IMG/VR virus record: IMGVR_UViG_3300017649_000010
Location: 1-39,187 of that record
Origin: a virus
Lineage: Duplodnaviria; Caudoviricetes
Strand: one strand, 5' to 3'
DNA: 39,187 nt
The notes below the pieces were generated by a model. The model did not search any database. It saw nothing but the letters and a program-made list of their open reading frames with translations, and had not been told where the DNA came from. This document shows, piece by piece, positions 7,909 through 17,262 of this stretch (position 1 is its first letter; every line of letters begins with the position of its first letter). Made by a program: the position numbers and the translations under genes.

Positions 7909-8170
7909 TGGCGCTTACTGCAGCCGACAAGGCGTACATCCGGCGCGCCGTGACGGAAGTCGTACACGAGGCGCTGCGGCAATTCGGTGCTGAGCTGAGT
8001 GCTGCCCTCTCCGCCGAGCAGGACATTCAGCACATCGGCGGGACCACGGCGGGACCACGGCGGCGACGCCCACTCACGAGGCGTGGTTGTTCGAGGAAGA
8101 GGCGCGGTTCGTTCCACGACCGGCGCATTTAGCCAAGCGGTTTAGACCGCCCCCGGTAGTTGGATTCTGA
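7908..8170 (+). pseudogene. Small gene between terL and portal, frameshifted by an 11-bp tandem duplication
   Basis: GGCGGGACCAC x2 at 8037-8058; removing one copy extends the frame to TGA 8168-8170, overlapping the portal ATG. As sequenced it stops at 8132. Confidence 0.6.
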
Positions 8171-10374
8171 TGGCAAGACCAAGCAAGCGGCGCGTGCAGG
8201 AGCAGTATGAGAACCGCATACGCGCCCTGATTACCGACGCGGCGCGCTTCGTCGACGACGAGCTGACGCCGCAGCGTGCGCTGGCGAGCAAGTATTACGC
8301 TGGCGAGCCGTTTGGAAACGAAGAGGAAGGCCGTTCGCAGTTCATCGTCACGGAAGTGCGCGACGGTATCGAGGCCGTCGTGCCGCAGCTCGCTCGCGTG
8401 TTCTTCGGTCCCGAGCACGTCGTCGAGTTCGTGCCGCGCAGCATGAAGGTGGCCGAGCAGGCGCGCATGGAGACCGACTATGTGCGTACGGTAATCGAGC
8501 AGAACGACGGCTTCCTCAAGTGCATCGCCGTGATGAAGGATGGGCTCATCCGTCGCGTCGGCGCGGTGAAGTGGGCGTGGGTCGAGGGTGAGCGCGAGGC
8601 GCACTGCCTCTACAACGTGACGGAGGACGAGGCGATCCAGCTCGTGCTGGAGCCCGGCGTCGAGATCACCGAGATCACGCCGAACGATCCCGACGAAGAG
8701 AACCCCGACGCGCCGCCGACCTTCAAGGTGGAGTTCACGCAGCCGGGCGAGGGCCATGCCGAGTTCTGGCCGATTCCGCCCGAGGAGTTCATCTGCTCGC
8801 GTGACGCCCGCGACATGAAGTCGGCCACGCTGGTCGGCCACCGCACCGAGCTCACTCGCTCGCAGCTCCTCAAGCTCGGAGTGAGCGAGAGGGACATCGA
8901 CGAGTACGGCGGCACGTTCACCGACATCAGGGACAGCGAAGAGCGTCTCGTGCGTCAGGAGACGCTGTCGGCGACGTCGGACGACACGGACGAGCTCAAG
9001 GGCGAAGACAAGCATCTCTACGTCGAGGCGTACATCCTCGTCGACAAGGACGGCAAGGGCGAGACGCTGCGCCGCATCACGACGCTCGGCCCGACGTACC
9101 ACGTCCTGACCGACGAACCCGCCGACGAGAGGCCGCTCGCGATCTACTCGCCGGTGCCCGAGCCGCACCGCATGATCGGCTGGAGCTGGGCCGACAGGCT
9201 GATGGACATGCAGAAGGTGAACAGCATGCTCGTCCGCTCGATCCTCGACTCGCTCGCGGCGTCGATCTTCCCGCGCACCGCCTACGTCGAGGGGCAGGCG
9301 AACGTCGACGACATCCTGAACACCGCTATCGGGGCGCCGATCAGGATGCGCGCGCCCGGCATGGTGACGCCCTTCACGCACGAGTTCACCGGCGCGCAGG
9401 CGCTGCCGGTGCTCGACTACATGAACAGCGTGGTCGAGCGGCGCACCGGGCAGAACAAGGGCGTGATTGGACTCGATCAGGACGCGCTGCAGAGCTCCAC
9501 GCAGAGTGCCGTGGCTGCCGCCACGACGGCCGCACAGGCGCAGGCCGAGCTGCTGGCGCGCGTCTTCGCCGAGCAGTTCTTCAAGCCGCTCATGCTCGGT
9601 ATTCGCAGGCTGCTCATCAAGCACCAGCCGAAGGAGACGCTGGTGCGCCTGCGCGGCCGGTGGGAGAAGGTCGATCCGCGCCACTGGAACGCTGACGTCG
9701 AGGTCAGCGTGCAGGTGGCACTCGGTCTCGGGATGCCCGCCGAGAGAGCCGCGCAGCTCATCGCGATTGCCGAGAAGCAGGAGCAGATCATTCAGACGCT
9801 CGGCCCTGACAACCCGCTATGCGACATCGCGAGCTACCGCGAGACACTGGTGCGTGCAGCTCGCTGGCTCGGCTTCTCCGACGCCGACACGTTCTTCCAC
9901 CCGGTGCCGGAAGGCTGGGCGCCGACCCCGCCGCCTCCGCAGCCGACGCCCGAGCAGGTGCTCGCCGAGGCGCAGCTCCGCGCGGAGCAGATCAAGTCGG
10001 AGCGTGAGTTCGTGCTCAAGCAGGCCGAGATCGACTTGAAGAAGCAGATCGCGATCATGGAGCACGAGCGGCAGGTGGCGAAGCAGAACGCCGACGCTGA
10101 GCTCAAGCGGCTGGAGCTGGAGCTCAAGGCGCAGGCGATTGTCGACGAGCGCGAGCAGTTGGAGAACGAGCAGGTGCGCCGTGAGATCATTGAGGACCAC
10201 ATCATCGCGGCCAACCACCAGAAGGAGCTCGAAGATGCCGCTGCGGCGGCGCAGGCCGCAGAGATAGCCGCTCAGCAGGAGGCCGCTGCACAGGAAGCGC
10301 AGCCGGTCCCTGCCCCACAACAGCAGGCGCCAGTTGCAATGGCTGACGCGCCAGCACCCGAGATCGAACAGTGA
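8170..10374 (+). CDS. Portal protein (P22-like, with C-terminal coiled-coil barrel)
   Basis: 'KYYAGEPFGNEEEGRSQFIVTEVRDGIE' and 'PVPEPHRMIGWS' motifs; position after TerL; long helical C-terminus. Confidence 0.92.
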   Translation: MARPSKRRVQEQYENRIRALITDAARFVDDELTPQRALASKYYAGEPFGNEEEGRSQFIVTEVRDGIEAVVPQLARVFFGPEHVVEFVPRSMKVAEQARMETDYVRTVIEQNDGFLKCIAVMKDGLIRRVGAVKWAWVEGEREAHCLYNVTEDEAIQLVLEPGVEITEITPNDPDEENPDAPPTFKVEFTQPGEGHAEFWPIPPEEFICSRDARDMKSATLVGHRTELTRSQLLKLGVSERDIDEYGGTFTDIRDSEERLVRQETLSATSDDTDELKGEDKHLYVEAYILVDKDGKGETLRRITTLGPTYHVLTDEPADERPLAIYSPVPEPHRMIGWSWADRLMDMQKVNSMLVRSILDSLAASIFPRTAYVEGQANVDDILNTAIGAPIRMRAPGMVTPFTHEFTGAQALPVLDYMNSVVERRTGQNKGVIGLDQDALQSSTQSAVAAATTAAQAQAELLARVFAEQFFKPLMLGIRRLLIKHQPKETLVRLRGRWEKVDPRHWNADVEVSVQVALGLGMPAERAAQLIAIAEKQEQIIQTLGPDNPLCDIASYRETLVRAARWLGFSDADTFFHPVPEGWAPTPPPPQPTPEQVLAEAQLRAEQIKSEREFVLKQAEIDLKKQIAIMEHERQVAKQNADAELKRLELELKAQAIVDEREQLENEQVRREIIEDHIIAANHQKELEDAAAAAQAAEIAAQQEAAAQEAQPVPAPQQQAPVAMADAPAPEIEQ

Positions 10375-10625
10375 CAGAGGACGAGCAGATAGAAGCTGGA
10401 CAGCGCATCGCCGCCTTCTTGGAAGACGAGGCGGTGAAGCGAGCGCTCCAGCGACTCGCTGCGAAGTATTACGACGAGTTCAAGGCGGCGCGCACCGCCG
10501 AAGGCAGGGAGAGCGCGCACAGCAAAGCAATGGTGCTCGACGACTTTGCGAACGAAATGCGGAGTGTCGTCGACACGGGAAAGCGGGTCAAGGCAGAAGT
10601 GCAGCGCCGAGCGCGCGGCCGGTAA
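10371..10625 (+). CDS. Conserved small post-portal protein
   Basis: 84-aa helical ORF overlapping the portal stop; usual position in podovirus head modules. Confidence 0.7.
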   Translation: MTEDEQIEAGQRIAAFLEDEAVKRALQRLAAKYYDEFKAARTAEGRESAHSKAMVLDDFANEMRSVVDTGKRVKAEVQRRARGR

Positions 10626-10658
10626 GGTCTGACAAGACCAGAGGGAGAACAGCAGGAA

Positions 10659-12155
10659 ATGCCTCCGTATGTAAAGCAGCAGTGGGAGAACGCGCCGTCC
10701 GTTGCGTCTCCAATTACCGCTGAGCGCCTTAACCACATGGAGGAAGGTATCGCCGCAGCGGCGTCTGCGGAGAACGTCTTCACCAAAACTGAGGCGCAGG
10801 CTCAGTTCCTGAGTAAGACTGATGGCGGCACGGTGGAGGGGCGCATCGTCGCCAAGGGCGGCATCGCGGGCTCTTACACGTTCCGCGTAATCACGGACAG
10901 CATCGTGCTCACCGATCAGGATCAGGTGTGCGTTGTTCGTGATCTCACGAAGGACATCACGATTCAGTTCCCCGACGCGAGCGGCTCCTCGCCCGGTTGG
11001 ACGATTTCCAGAATCGACGAGACGGGTTTCAGTGTCACGCTCCTGACGAGCGGGAACGACACGCTGGTCGGCGGTGACGAGCTGCTGCCGAAGGAGACTG
11101 TGGGTGTAATCGCTGACGGGGACCAGACGGTCTACGTGCTGCGGAACCGTATCGGCGGTAGCACCGGCGGCGGGGATGATGGTGGCGGTGAGCCGAGCAA
11201 CCCGGACGTCCTCTACAAGTGGCTCGTCGGTAACGCCACGCCGGGTTTCGCGCGCAGCACCCCGGCGCCGTATATCGGTCCTTCGGGCATGGTGGGTACT
11301 GTGGGCGCTGGCCTGCCGCGCATCTCGAAAGACCCGAGCGGCAACCTCGGTCTGATGCTGGCACCCGCGCGCACCTTCCACATGACTTGGTCGGATGACC
11401 CGAGTAAGTCTGACTGGTCGAAGAGCTACATGAATCCTCCGGCGCTCGACACTGGTGTCGCGCCTGATGGTTCGAGCCCGGTCTATCGGATCGTGCCCAA
11501 TACCGATCCCGTGGCCACTCATGAGCTGCGGCGTAACGTGCCGGAAGCGCTCGACGACACCCCTCAGACGATCTCGTTCATCGCCAAGGCGGCGGGTTAC
11601 AACTACGTCACCATCTTCCGGCTCGACAAGGCGGGGGCGTCGTGGGGTACCACGATCAACCTGCAGGACGGCAGCATCGTCTCCACGGTGACGCAGCACA
11701 AGATCCATGTGCTCGCACTCGCCGATGGGTACTACTGGATCGCCTGCACGGCTAACGCGGGCCACGGCGGCAGCACGTTCTCGTGGCGCATCCGCGTCCA
11801 CTCCGGGTCCAACCCGAGCTCCGTGTGGTCAGGCGATGGAGTGAGCGGCATCAAGATATGGCGTATCGCCGGTGAGGCGAACGCGAGCTACCCGACTCTC
11901 GGCCCGCTTGTCGAGGATACTGCGGTCGATGTCGATGCCGATACGTGGACCCACGTCGGTGCGATCAGCGGTGGGAACGTCGGCATCGCGGCCACGCTGT
12001 ACGAGCGCTACTACGACATGAGCACGCGTCAGGTGGTCGAGCAGGTCACGGAGATCACGTCGACGGCCGACATCGTCTTTGCGACCGGGAGGTACTGGCG
12101 GGAACTCAAGGTCGCTAAGGGCTCGAAGTCACTGTCCGAGATGCAGGCACTATGA
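10659..12155 (+). CDS. Fibre/spike-like virion protein
   Basis: N-terminal 'YVKQQWENAPSVASPITAERLNHMEEGI' fibre-anchor motif; Gly linker; C-terminal beta-rich carbohydrate-binding-like domain ('APDGS...TISFIAKAAG...LADGYYWI'). Confidence 0.65.
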   Translation: MPPYVKQQWENAPSVASPITAERLNHMEEGIAAAASAENVFTKTEAQAQFLSKTDGGTVEGRIVAKGGIAGSYTFRVITDSIVLTDQDQVCVVRDLTKDITIQFPDASGSSPGWTISRIDETGFSVTLLTSGNDTLVGGDELLPKETVGVIADGDQTVYVLRNRIGGSTGGGDDGGGEPSNPDVLYKWLVGNATPGFARSTPAPYIGPSGMVGTVGAGLPRISKDPSGNLGLMLAPARTFHMTWSDDPSKSDWSKSYMNPPALDTGVAPDGSSPVYRIVPNTDPVATHELRRNVPEALDDTPQTISFIAKAAGYNYVTIFRLDKAGASWGTTINLQDGSIVSTVTQHKIHVLALADGYYWIACTANAGHGGSTFSWRIRVHSGSNPSSVWSGDGVSGIKIWRIAGEANASYPTLGPLVEDTAVDVDADTWTHVGAISGGNVGIAATLYERYYDMSTRQVVEQVTEITSTADIVFATGRYWRELKVAKGSKSLSEMQAL

Positions 12156-14179
12156 CGTTGCTCATGCACATGCGGCACCCTCACGGCTTCGTGGGGGCGC
12201 CGCCCGGCCCGGTGATAGTGCCCACGTCGCTCCGCGTCTCGCCCTCCTCGTTCACTCTACAGGAGGGCGCGGGGCGCCAGCTCGGCGTGCAGGTGCTCGA
12301 CCAGTTCGGTGAGCCGATCACGGAAGTGATTGGTGGGTTCATCTGGCTGTCCAACAAGCCTTCCATCGCTACGGTCGACCAGAACGGTCGAGTGACGGGC
12401 GTCGCCGCCGGTGATGCAACGATCACCTGCGTGTGGGGCACGCTGTCCGCGAGCGTCACGCTTACGGTCGTGCAGACGAGCGAGCTGGTTGGCTGGAGCG
12501 ACGAGCGCTTTCCGCACTCCTCGACCGGGCTGCTTTTCACGTACACCGACTTCCGCACGAGCTACTTCGGCACCGATACGGCGGGCCTCAACCGTAAAGC
12601 GACCGAGATGGCGTTCATCGCGCGGAAGGTCGACAAGGTGCTCTCGGGCGGCGAGCCGAGTGGGGGCTACCCCGAAGGGCTTATTCACCAGCCCTACGTG
12701 CTCGTCAGCTTCATTGCCTGCTGCATCCACGACACGGACTACTGGCGCAACATGCGCAGCAAGACCGACTGGTGGTGGGAGCAGTGGTGCGACACGCACG
12801 GTAAAGACCCCGAGAACGGGTACCTCCACTACGCTGATGGAGAGAACACCTACGGTACGGCGATTACGTCGATAGACACCAACGGTCGCGTCACCTTGAA
12901 GTACGACATGGTGACGTATACCGACGGCTTCCTGCGCGACGGTGACACCGTGACGATCTCTGGTGCGCAGAACCCCGTGTTCGACGGTGAGTGGACGATC
13001 TCCGACGTCGGCGTGATAGGCGGCGACTTGGATCAGAACGGCCACCTTCGCCGGGCGCAGACGGTCTTCAACATCGCGAAGACCGGCGCCACGAGCGGTG
13101 CCGGAGGTACGGTGTTCCGCAAGGGCGACGGCACGAAGACGAAGCGCAATCGCTACGTGTTCGACGTGCCCAGCTTCCCGCCGCCGCGCTGGATAATCGA
13201 CCACGCGCACCCCGACAGGATCGCCTTCGAGAAGGAGCGCTTCGCTGGTCTCGTCGCGGGTGAGTACGGGCAGGGCTTTATACCCGAAGGCTTCTACGTG
13301 GACGAGATCGCGAAGAACGTGTGGGGCCGTTTCGTGACAGCGAAGACGGTGCAGTATCCCACCGGCGGCGGTCAGCAGTGGGTGGGCGACATGGCCGCGT
13401 TCTACGCCGCGCTCAAGGCCGATTACCCAGACCAGCCGTGGATGTTCGAGCTGGGCACGGCCTCGTACATGGATGACGACACCACGAGGCTCATCGTCGA
13501 GGGGTCGAAGTGTACGCAGCTTGAGCAGCTCGGTAATACGCACACGCGCTTCGAGTGGGTGCCGGGAGCGGCGAAGTTTGAGTGGGTGCGCAACCTCGTT
13601 CGGCAGGGCGTGCATGTCGAGTGGTGTACGCCGTACACGCCGCAGGACAAGATCGACGGCGGCGAGAAGCCGGGCAACTATGCGAACGATCCTGTACCCG
13701 CAGGTGTGCGCTCCCCCGCGAACGTTCGCATGTACGCGTCGCATCTCGCGCTCGCGCTGCTGATGAACGTGACGGACAAGCCGGGTCACATCTGCGTGAA
13801 CATGATGAACGGCGCGTGGACCCCGGCCGACCCGAATCAGGGTCTCAACAACCGGTGGCTCGGTCTCTTCGAGGTCGATCTCGGTAAGCCGCTTGAGGAG
13901 CCAGCGCGCGTCGTGCAGGGCCAGAAGGACACGGCCGATCAGGGTGTGACGATTGCCGCCCGCATGTACGAGCGCGGCTACGTCGTCTACCGCCGCATCG
14001 ACGTCGCGTGGGACATCCCCACGGTGGACTACGCGGCCACGTACGAGTACGTCCTCCCGCCCTCGACGGGCCGGGACGGCAAGTGGTGTCGGGTACGGAG
14101 CGACGGCTCGCTCGACACCCCCACAGACAGGTGTCAGATAGCCAGCGACGAAGGGCTGATTTTCGTCCCCGCACCGTGA
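12152..14179 (+). CDS. Ig-like (Big_2) domain plus putative glycoside-hydrolase-like domain
   Basis: 'WLSNKPSIATVDQNGRVTGVAAGDATIT' Big_2 signature; aromatic/acidic domain with 'EGFYVDE' and 'DLGKP...RMYERGYVV' reminiscent of putative GH families. Confidence 0.6.
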   Translation: MTLLMHMRHPHGFVGAPPGPVIVPTSLRVSPSSFTLQEGAGRQLGVQVLDQFGEPITEVIGGFIWLSNKPSIATVDQNGRVTGVAAGDATITCVWGTLSASVTLTVVQTSELVGWSDERFPHSSTGLLFTYTDFRTSYFGTDTAGLNRKATEMAFIARKVDKVLSGGEPSGGYPEGLIHQPYVLVSFIACCIHDTDYWRNMRSKTDWWWEQWCDTHGKDPENGYLHYADGENTYGTAITSIDTNGRVTLKYDMVTYTDGFLRDGDTVTISGAQNPVFDGEWTISDVGVIGGDLDQNGHLRRAQTVFNIAKTGATSGAGGTVFRKGDGTKTKRNRYVFDVPSFPPPRWIIDHAHPDRIAFEKERFAGLVAGEYGQGFIPEGFYVDEIAKNVWGRFVTAKTVQYPTGGGQQWVGDMAAFYAALKADYPDQPWMFELGTASYMDDDTTRLIVEGSKCTQLEQLGNTHTRFEWVPGAAKFEWVRNLVRQGVHVEWCTPYTPQDKIDGGEKPGNYANDPVPAGVRSPANVRMYASHLALALLMNVTDKPGHICVNMMNGAWTPADPNQGLNNRWLGLFEVDLGKPLEEPARVVQGQKDTADQGVTIAARMYERGYVVYRRIDVAWDIPTVDYAATYEYVLPPSTGRDGKWCRVRSDGSLDTPTDRCQIASDEGLIFVPAP

Positions 14180-14246
14180 CGACACGGTCACGATAAGCGG
14201 GATAACCCCGTTGACAGGATGGTTGACACGAGAGTTTCAAGTGCTT

Positions 14247-15221
14247 ATGGATTCACCCAGTGTCGACGGTAACAGCGTTGAGCTGACCGTCAATGACGCA
14301 GCAGAGAAGTACGCGGGTCTGCTCTCCGGTTTGGAGGACAGCGCAGACGACGAGTACGAAGCCTCTCCTGACGAAACGCCCGAGGCGAGTCAGGACGAGC
14401 GACCGGCGGATGACGAGAACGACGCCGCCGAAGAGGATGCCGCCGAGGAAGGCACCGAGGACGAGCCCAAGCAGCCCGTCTCCTACCGGGTCAAGATCAA
14501 CGGTCAGGAGGTCGAGGTACCGCTCCCTGAGTTGCTCGCCGGATACTCCCGCACGGCAGACTACACCCGCAAGACGCAGGAGCTCGCAGCTCAGCGCAAG
14601 CAGCACGAGCAGGAGCTCGCCGCCGTCAGAGCGGAACGCCAAGAGTATGCACAGAGTCTGGCAAAGCTCCGCGCTGCACTGGAGAGCGTAGAGGCGGAAC
14701 CCGATTGGGCGCGTCTACGGCAGGAGAGTCCAGAGGAATTCGCCGCGACCTACGCGGCGTGGCAGCAGCACAAGGAGCGTCTCGCCGCCGTAGAGGCCGA
14801 GCAGCGCAGAGTACATGACCTGCAGCAGCAGGAGCTCCAGCGCCAGCTCGCCGAGTACGTGAAGCAGGAGCAGGAGAAGCTCCTCGCCGCCATCCCCGAG
14901 TGGAAGGACTCGAAGGTGGCGACCGCCGAGAAGCAGGCCCTCGTCGAGTACGCACAGGGTCTCGGCTTCACGGATGAGGAACTCGCGCAGGTGGTGGATC
15001 ACCGCGCCGTGACGCTGCTCCGCAAGGCGTACCTCTACGACAAGCAGCAGGCAGCGAAGCCCCTCGCGCAGAAGAAGGTTGCTGCAGCGAAGGCTGTTGC
15101 TCCCGGCAGCGGTGGACAGTTCCGGCGCCAGACCTCGGAGGCTACCAAGGCGAAGCAGAGACTCGCTAAGACAGGCCGCGTGAAGGATGCGGCTGCAGTC
15201 CTCCTCGCGCTCGACGACTGA
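14247..15221 (+). CDS. Capsid scaffolding protein
   Basis: Acidic N-terminus; 'YRVKINGQEVEVPLPELLAGYSRTADYTRKTQELA'; C-terminal 'RLAKTGRVKDAA'; precedes the capsid gene. Confidence 0.88.
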   Translation: MDSPSVDGNSVELTVNDAAEKYAGLLSGLEDSADDEYEASPDETPEASQDERPADDENDAAEEDAAEEGTEDEPKQPVSYRVKINGQEVEVPLPELLAGYSRTADYTRKTQELAAQRKQHEQELAAVRAERQEYAQSLAKLRAALESVEAEPDWARLRQESPEEFAATYAAWQQHKERLAAVEAEQRRVHDLQQQELQRQLAEYVKQEQEKLLAAIPEWKDSKVATAEKQALVEYAQGLGFTDEELAQVVDHRAVTLLRKAYLYDKQQAAKPLAQKKVAAAKAVAPGSGGQFRRQTSEATKAKQRLAKTGRVKDAAAVLLALDD

Positions 15222-15245
15222 TCGGGCGCACCCGGTTTCAGAATC

Positions 15246-16217
15246 ATGGCCAACACGGTCATCTCCAACACGTTCAAGACTTACGAGAGCGTCGGTAACC
15301 GCGAAGACCTCACCGACGTGATCTACAACATCGCGCCCACCGACACGCCGCTTCTGTCGAACGCGGGGCGTGCGACGGCCGAGGCGACCTACCACGAGTG
15401 GCAGCAGGACTCGCTCGCCGATGCTGCGTCCAACGCGCAGCTCGAAGGTCTGAACATGACCGAGTTCACTCAGGTCACTCCCACGGTGCGCGTCGGGAAC
15501 TATGTCCAGATCAGCACCAAGGATGTGATCGTCTCCGGTACGCAGGAGGCCATCAGCAAGGCTGGGCGTAAGAGTGAGCTCGCGTATCAGACCGCGAAGC
15601 GTGGTGCTGAGCTCAAGCGCGACATGGAGAAGATCGCGCTCGACAATCAGGCGGCAGCCGCCGGAAGCGCGAGCGTGGCTCGCAAGACCGGCTCGGTCGT
15701 GGCGTTCATCAAGACGAACACCGAGAAGGGAGCGACCGGCGCCGACCCGGATTACACCAGCGCTCCGACCTCGGCTCGCACCGACGGGACGCAGCGTGCG
15801 TTCACGGAAGACCTGCTCAAGAGCGCCATCCAGAAGCAGTGGGCGCAGGGCGGGAAGTGCGACACCCTGCTCGTGGGTGCGTACAACAAGACCGTCGCCT
15901 CGAAGTTCGAGGGTATCGCTACCTCGACCTTCAACATGTCGAGAGCTCAGGCGAGCGTAATCATCGGAGCTGCGGACGTCTACGTGTCCGACTTCGGGGT
16001 TATCACCATCGTGCCTGACCGCTTCATGCGGGCTCGCGATGCGCTCCTGCTCGACTTCGACCTCATCGACATCATGTACCTCCGCTCCTTCCGGCGCATC
16101 CCGCTGGCGAAGACGGGCGACGCCGACAAGCGCATGCTGCTCGTCGAGTGGGGCGTGAAGGTGCATCAGGAGGCCGGTCTGGCTGGCGTGTTCGACCTGA
16201 CCACCGCCGCCTCCTAA
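15246..16217 (+). CDS. Major capsid protein (DUF5309/SU10-like)
   Basis: 'GNREDLTDVIYNIAPTDTP', 'HEWQQDSL', 'ELKRDME', 'YVSDFG' and 'LAKTGD' motifs. Confidence 0.93.
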   Translation: MANTVISNTFKTYESVGNREDLTDVIYNIAPTDTPLLSNAGRATAEATYHEWQQDSLADAASNAQLEGLNMTEFTQVTPTVRVGNYVQISTKDVIVSGTQEAISKAGRKSELAYQTAKRGAELKRDMEKIALDNQAAAAGSASVARKTGSVVAFIKTNTEKGATGADPDYTSAPTSARTDGTQRAFTEDLLKSAIQKQWAQGGKCDTLLVGAYNKTVASKFEGIATSTFNMSRAQASVIIGAADVYVSDFGVITIVPDRFMRARDALLLDFDLIDIMYLRSFRRIPLAKTGDADKRMLLVEWGVKVHQEAGLAGVFDLTTAAS

Positions 16218-16231
16218 GAGCAAGGCGTGAC

Positions 16232-16261
16232 GCCGGTGGCCCCGAGCTGGTGGCCACCGGC
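16232..16261 (+). terminator. 10-bp GC hairpin after the capsid gene (terminator or mRNA stabiliser)
   Basis: GCCGGTGGCC/GGCCACCGGC, followed by a C/T tract rather than a U-run. Confidence 0.5.
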
Positions 16262-16303
16262 ACCCTCCCCTTCCCTCCTCAAGCAGTATCCCGAGCGCAG
16301 TAA

Positions 16304-16942
16304 GTGGTAGTCCCGCGAAAGTACATCTTCGTCGGCGTAGGCGTCCTGTTCCTGATCCTTGGTTTCGGCTGGAGCATGGTTCGCCGCCACGAGCGGGCGC
16401 TGGATAAGGCACGCATCGAGCTCGCAGTGGCGCGCGGCGACACCCGCTCCGCGTTGCTGCGAGCCGATTCGCTTGCGGCAATCGCTGACAGCGCCGAGCG
16501 GCGCGCCGACAGTCTCGTCTCGGTGGCCGAGGCGGCGAAGAAGCGCGCAGTGCAGGCGGAAAGCGATGCAGCGATCTACAGGGAGCGCTATCGCGTCGCC
16601 GCGCTCGCGGCTCCCGACACCTGCGCCCCGGCGCTTGCCGCCGCTGATAGTGCGCTCGCTGCGACGCAGTCGGTTGCGGAGCAGTACCGGCAGGGGCTCG
16701 CGGCGGCCATCGGTGCCTCTCTGGAGCTCCAAAAAGCTCTGGACAGCACTCAGGTCGCCCTGAGCACCGTTGAGGCTTCTGCGAGGCGTCTGGAGGCCAA
16801 AGCCGCCGAGTTAGAGCGTGCTTCCCGCCCCTCCCTCTTCTCACGCCTACTCCCTCGCCCCGGCGTGGGCGTGGCGGCGGGCGTAGACCGGAACGGCAAA
16901 CCCGCAGCCGTGGCAGGTATCACCCTGAGTTGGACGTTGTGA
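16304..16942 (+). CDS. Spanin-like protein (N-terminal TM, coiled coil, C-terminal beta-hairpin)
   Basis: TM at about aa 7-24; Ala-rich heptads; C-terminus 'GVGVAAGV...AAVAGITLSWTL'. Confidence 0.6.
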   Translation: MVVPRKYIFVGVGVLFLILGFGWSMVRRHERALDKARIELAVARGDTRSALLRADSLAAIADSAERRADSLVSVAEAAKKRAVQAESDAAIYRERYRVAALAAPDTCAPALAAADSALAATQSVAEQYRQGLAAAIGASLELQKALDSTQVALSTVEASARRLEAKAAELERASRPSLFSRLLPRPGVGVAAGVDRNGKPAAVAGITLSWTL

Positions 16943-17262
16943 GTGAAACCAGAAGTTACACCCGCCCCCTCTCGATAGACCCCTTCACCGGCCAGCGCCA
17001 GACGTGGCACTACGACGCCACGGACGACAGTGTGACGGTCGCCACCGAGCAGGACGTCACGGCAATCGTCGAGGCGAACAAGGCCGCTGCTGCATCCGCG
17101 CCGAGCCGCTACGGGGGCGAGATGCACCGCGTTGCATCCATCCCGATGAGCGTTTATTGGGAGCTCAAGGAGAAGGGCATCCTGCGCGATCAGAAGGCGC
17201 TCAGGAAGTGGCTCAACGACCCGGACAACCGCGTCTTTAGAACGAGATTCGGGAGGGTCTAG
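16939..17262 (+). CDS. Conserved head-associated hypothetical protein
   Basis: 'QDVTAIVEANK', 'HRVASIPM' and 'KWLNDPDNRVFRT' motifs common after DUF5309 capsids; GTG overlaps the upstream stop. Confidence 0.75.
   Translation: MSETRSYTRPLSIDPFTGQRQTWHYDATDDSVTVATEQDVTAIVEANKAAAASAPSRYGGEMHRVASIPMSVYWELKEKGILRDQKALRKWLNDPDNRVFRTRFGRV

Noticed and set aside
14211-14251. Confident sigma70 promoter for scaffold/capsid
   Set aside because: Two TTGACA boxes are present but neither has a good, correctly spaced -10 upstream of the start; kept only as a tandem motif.
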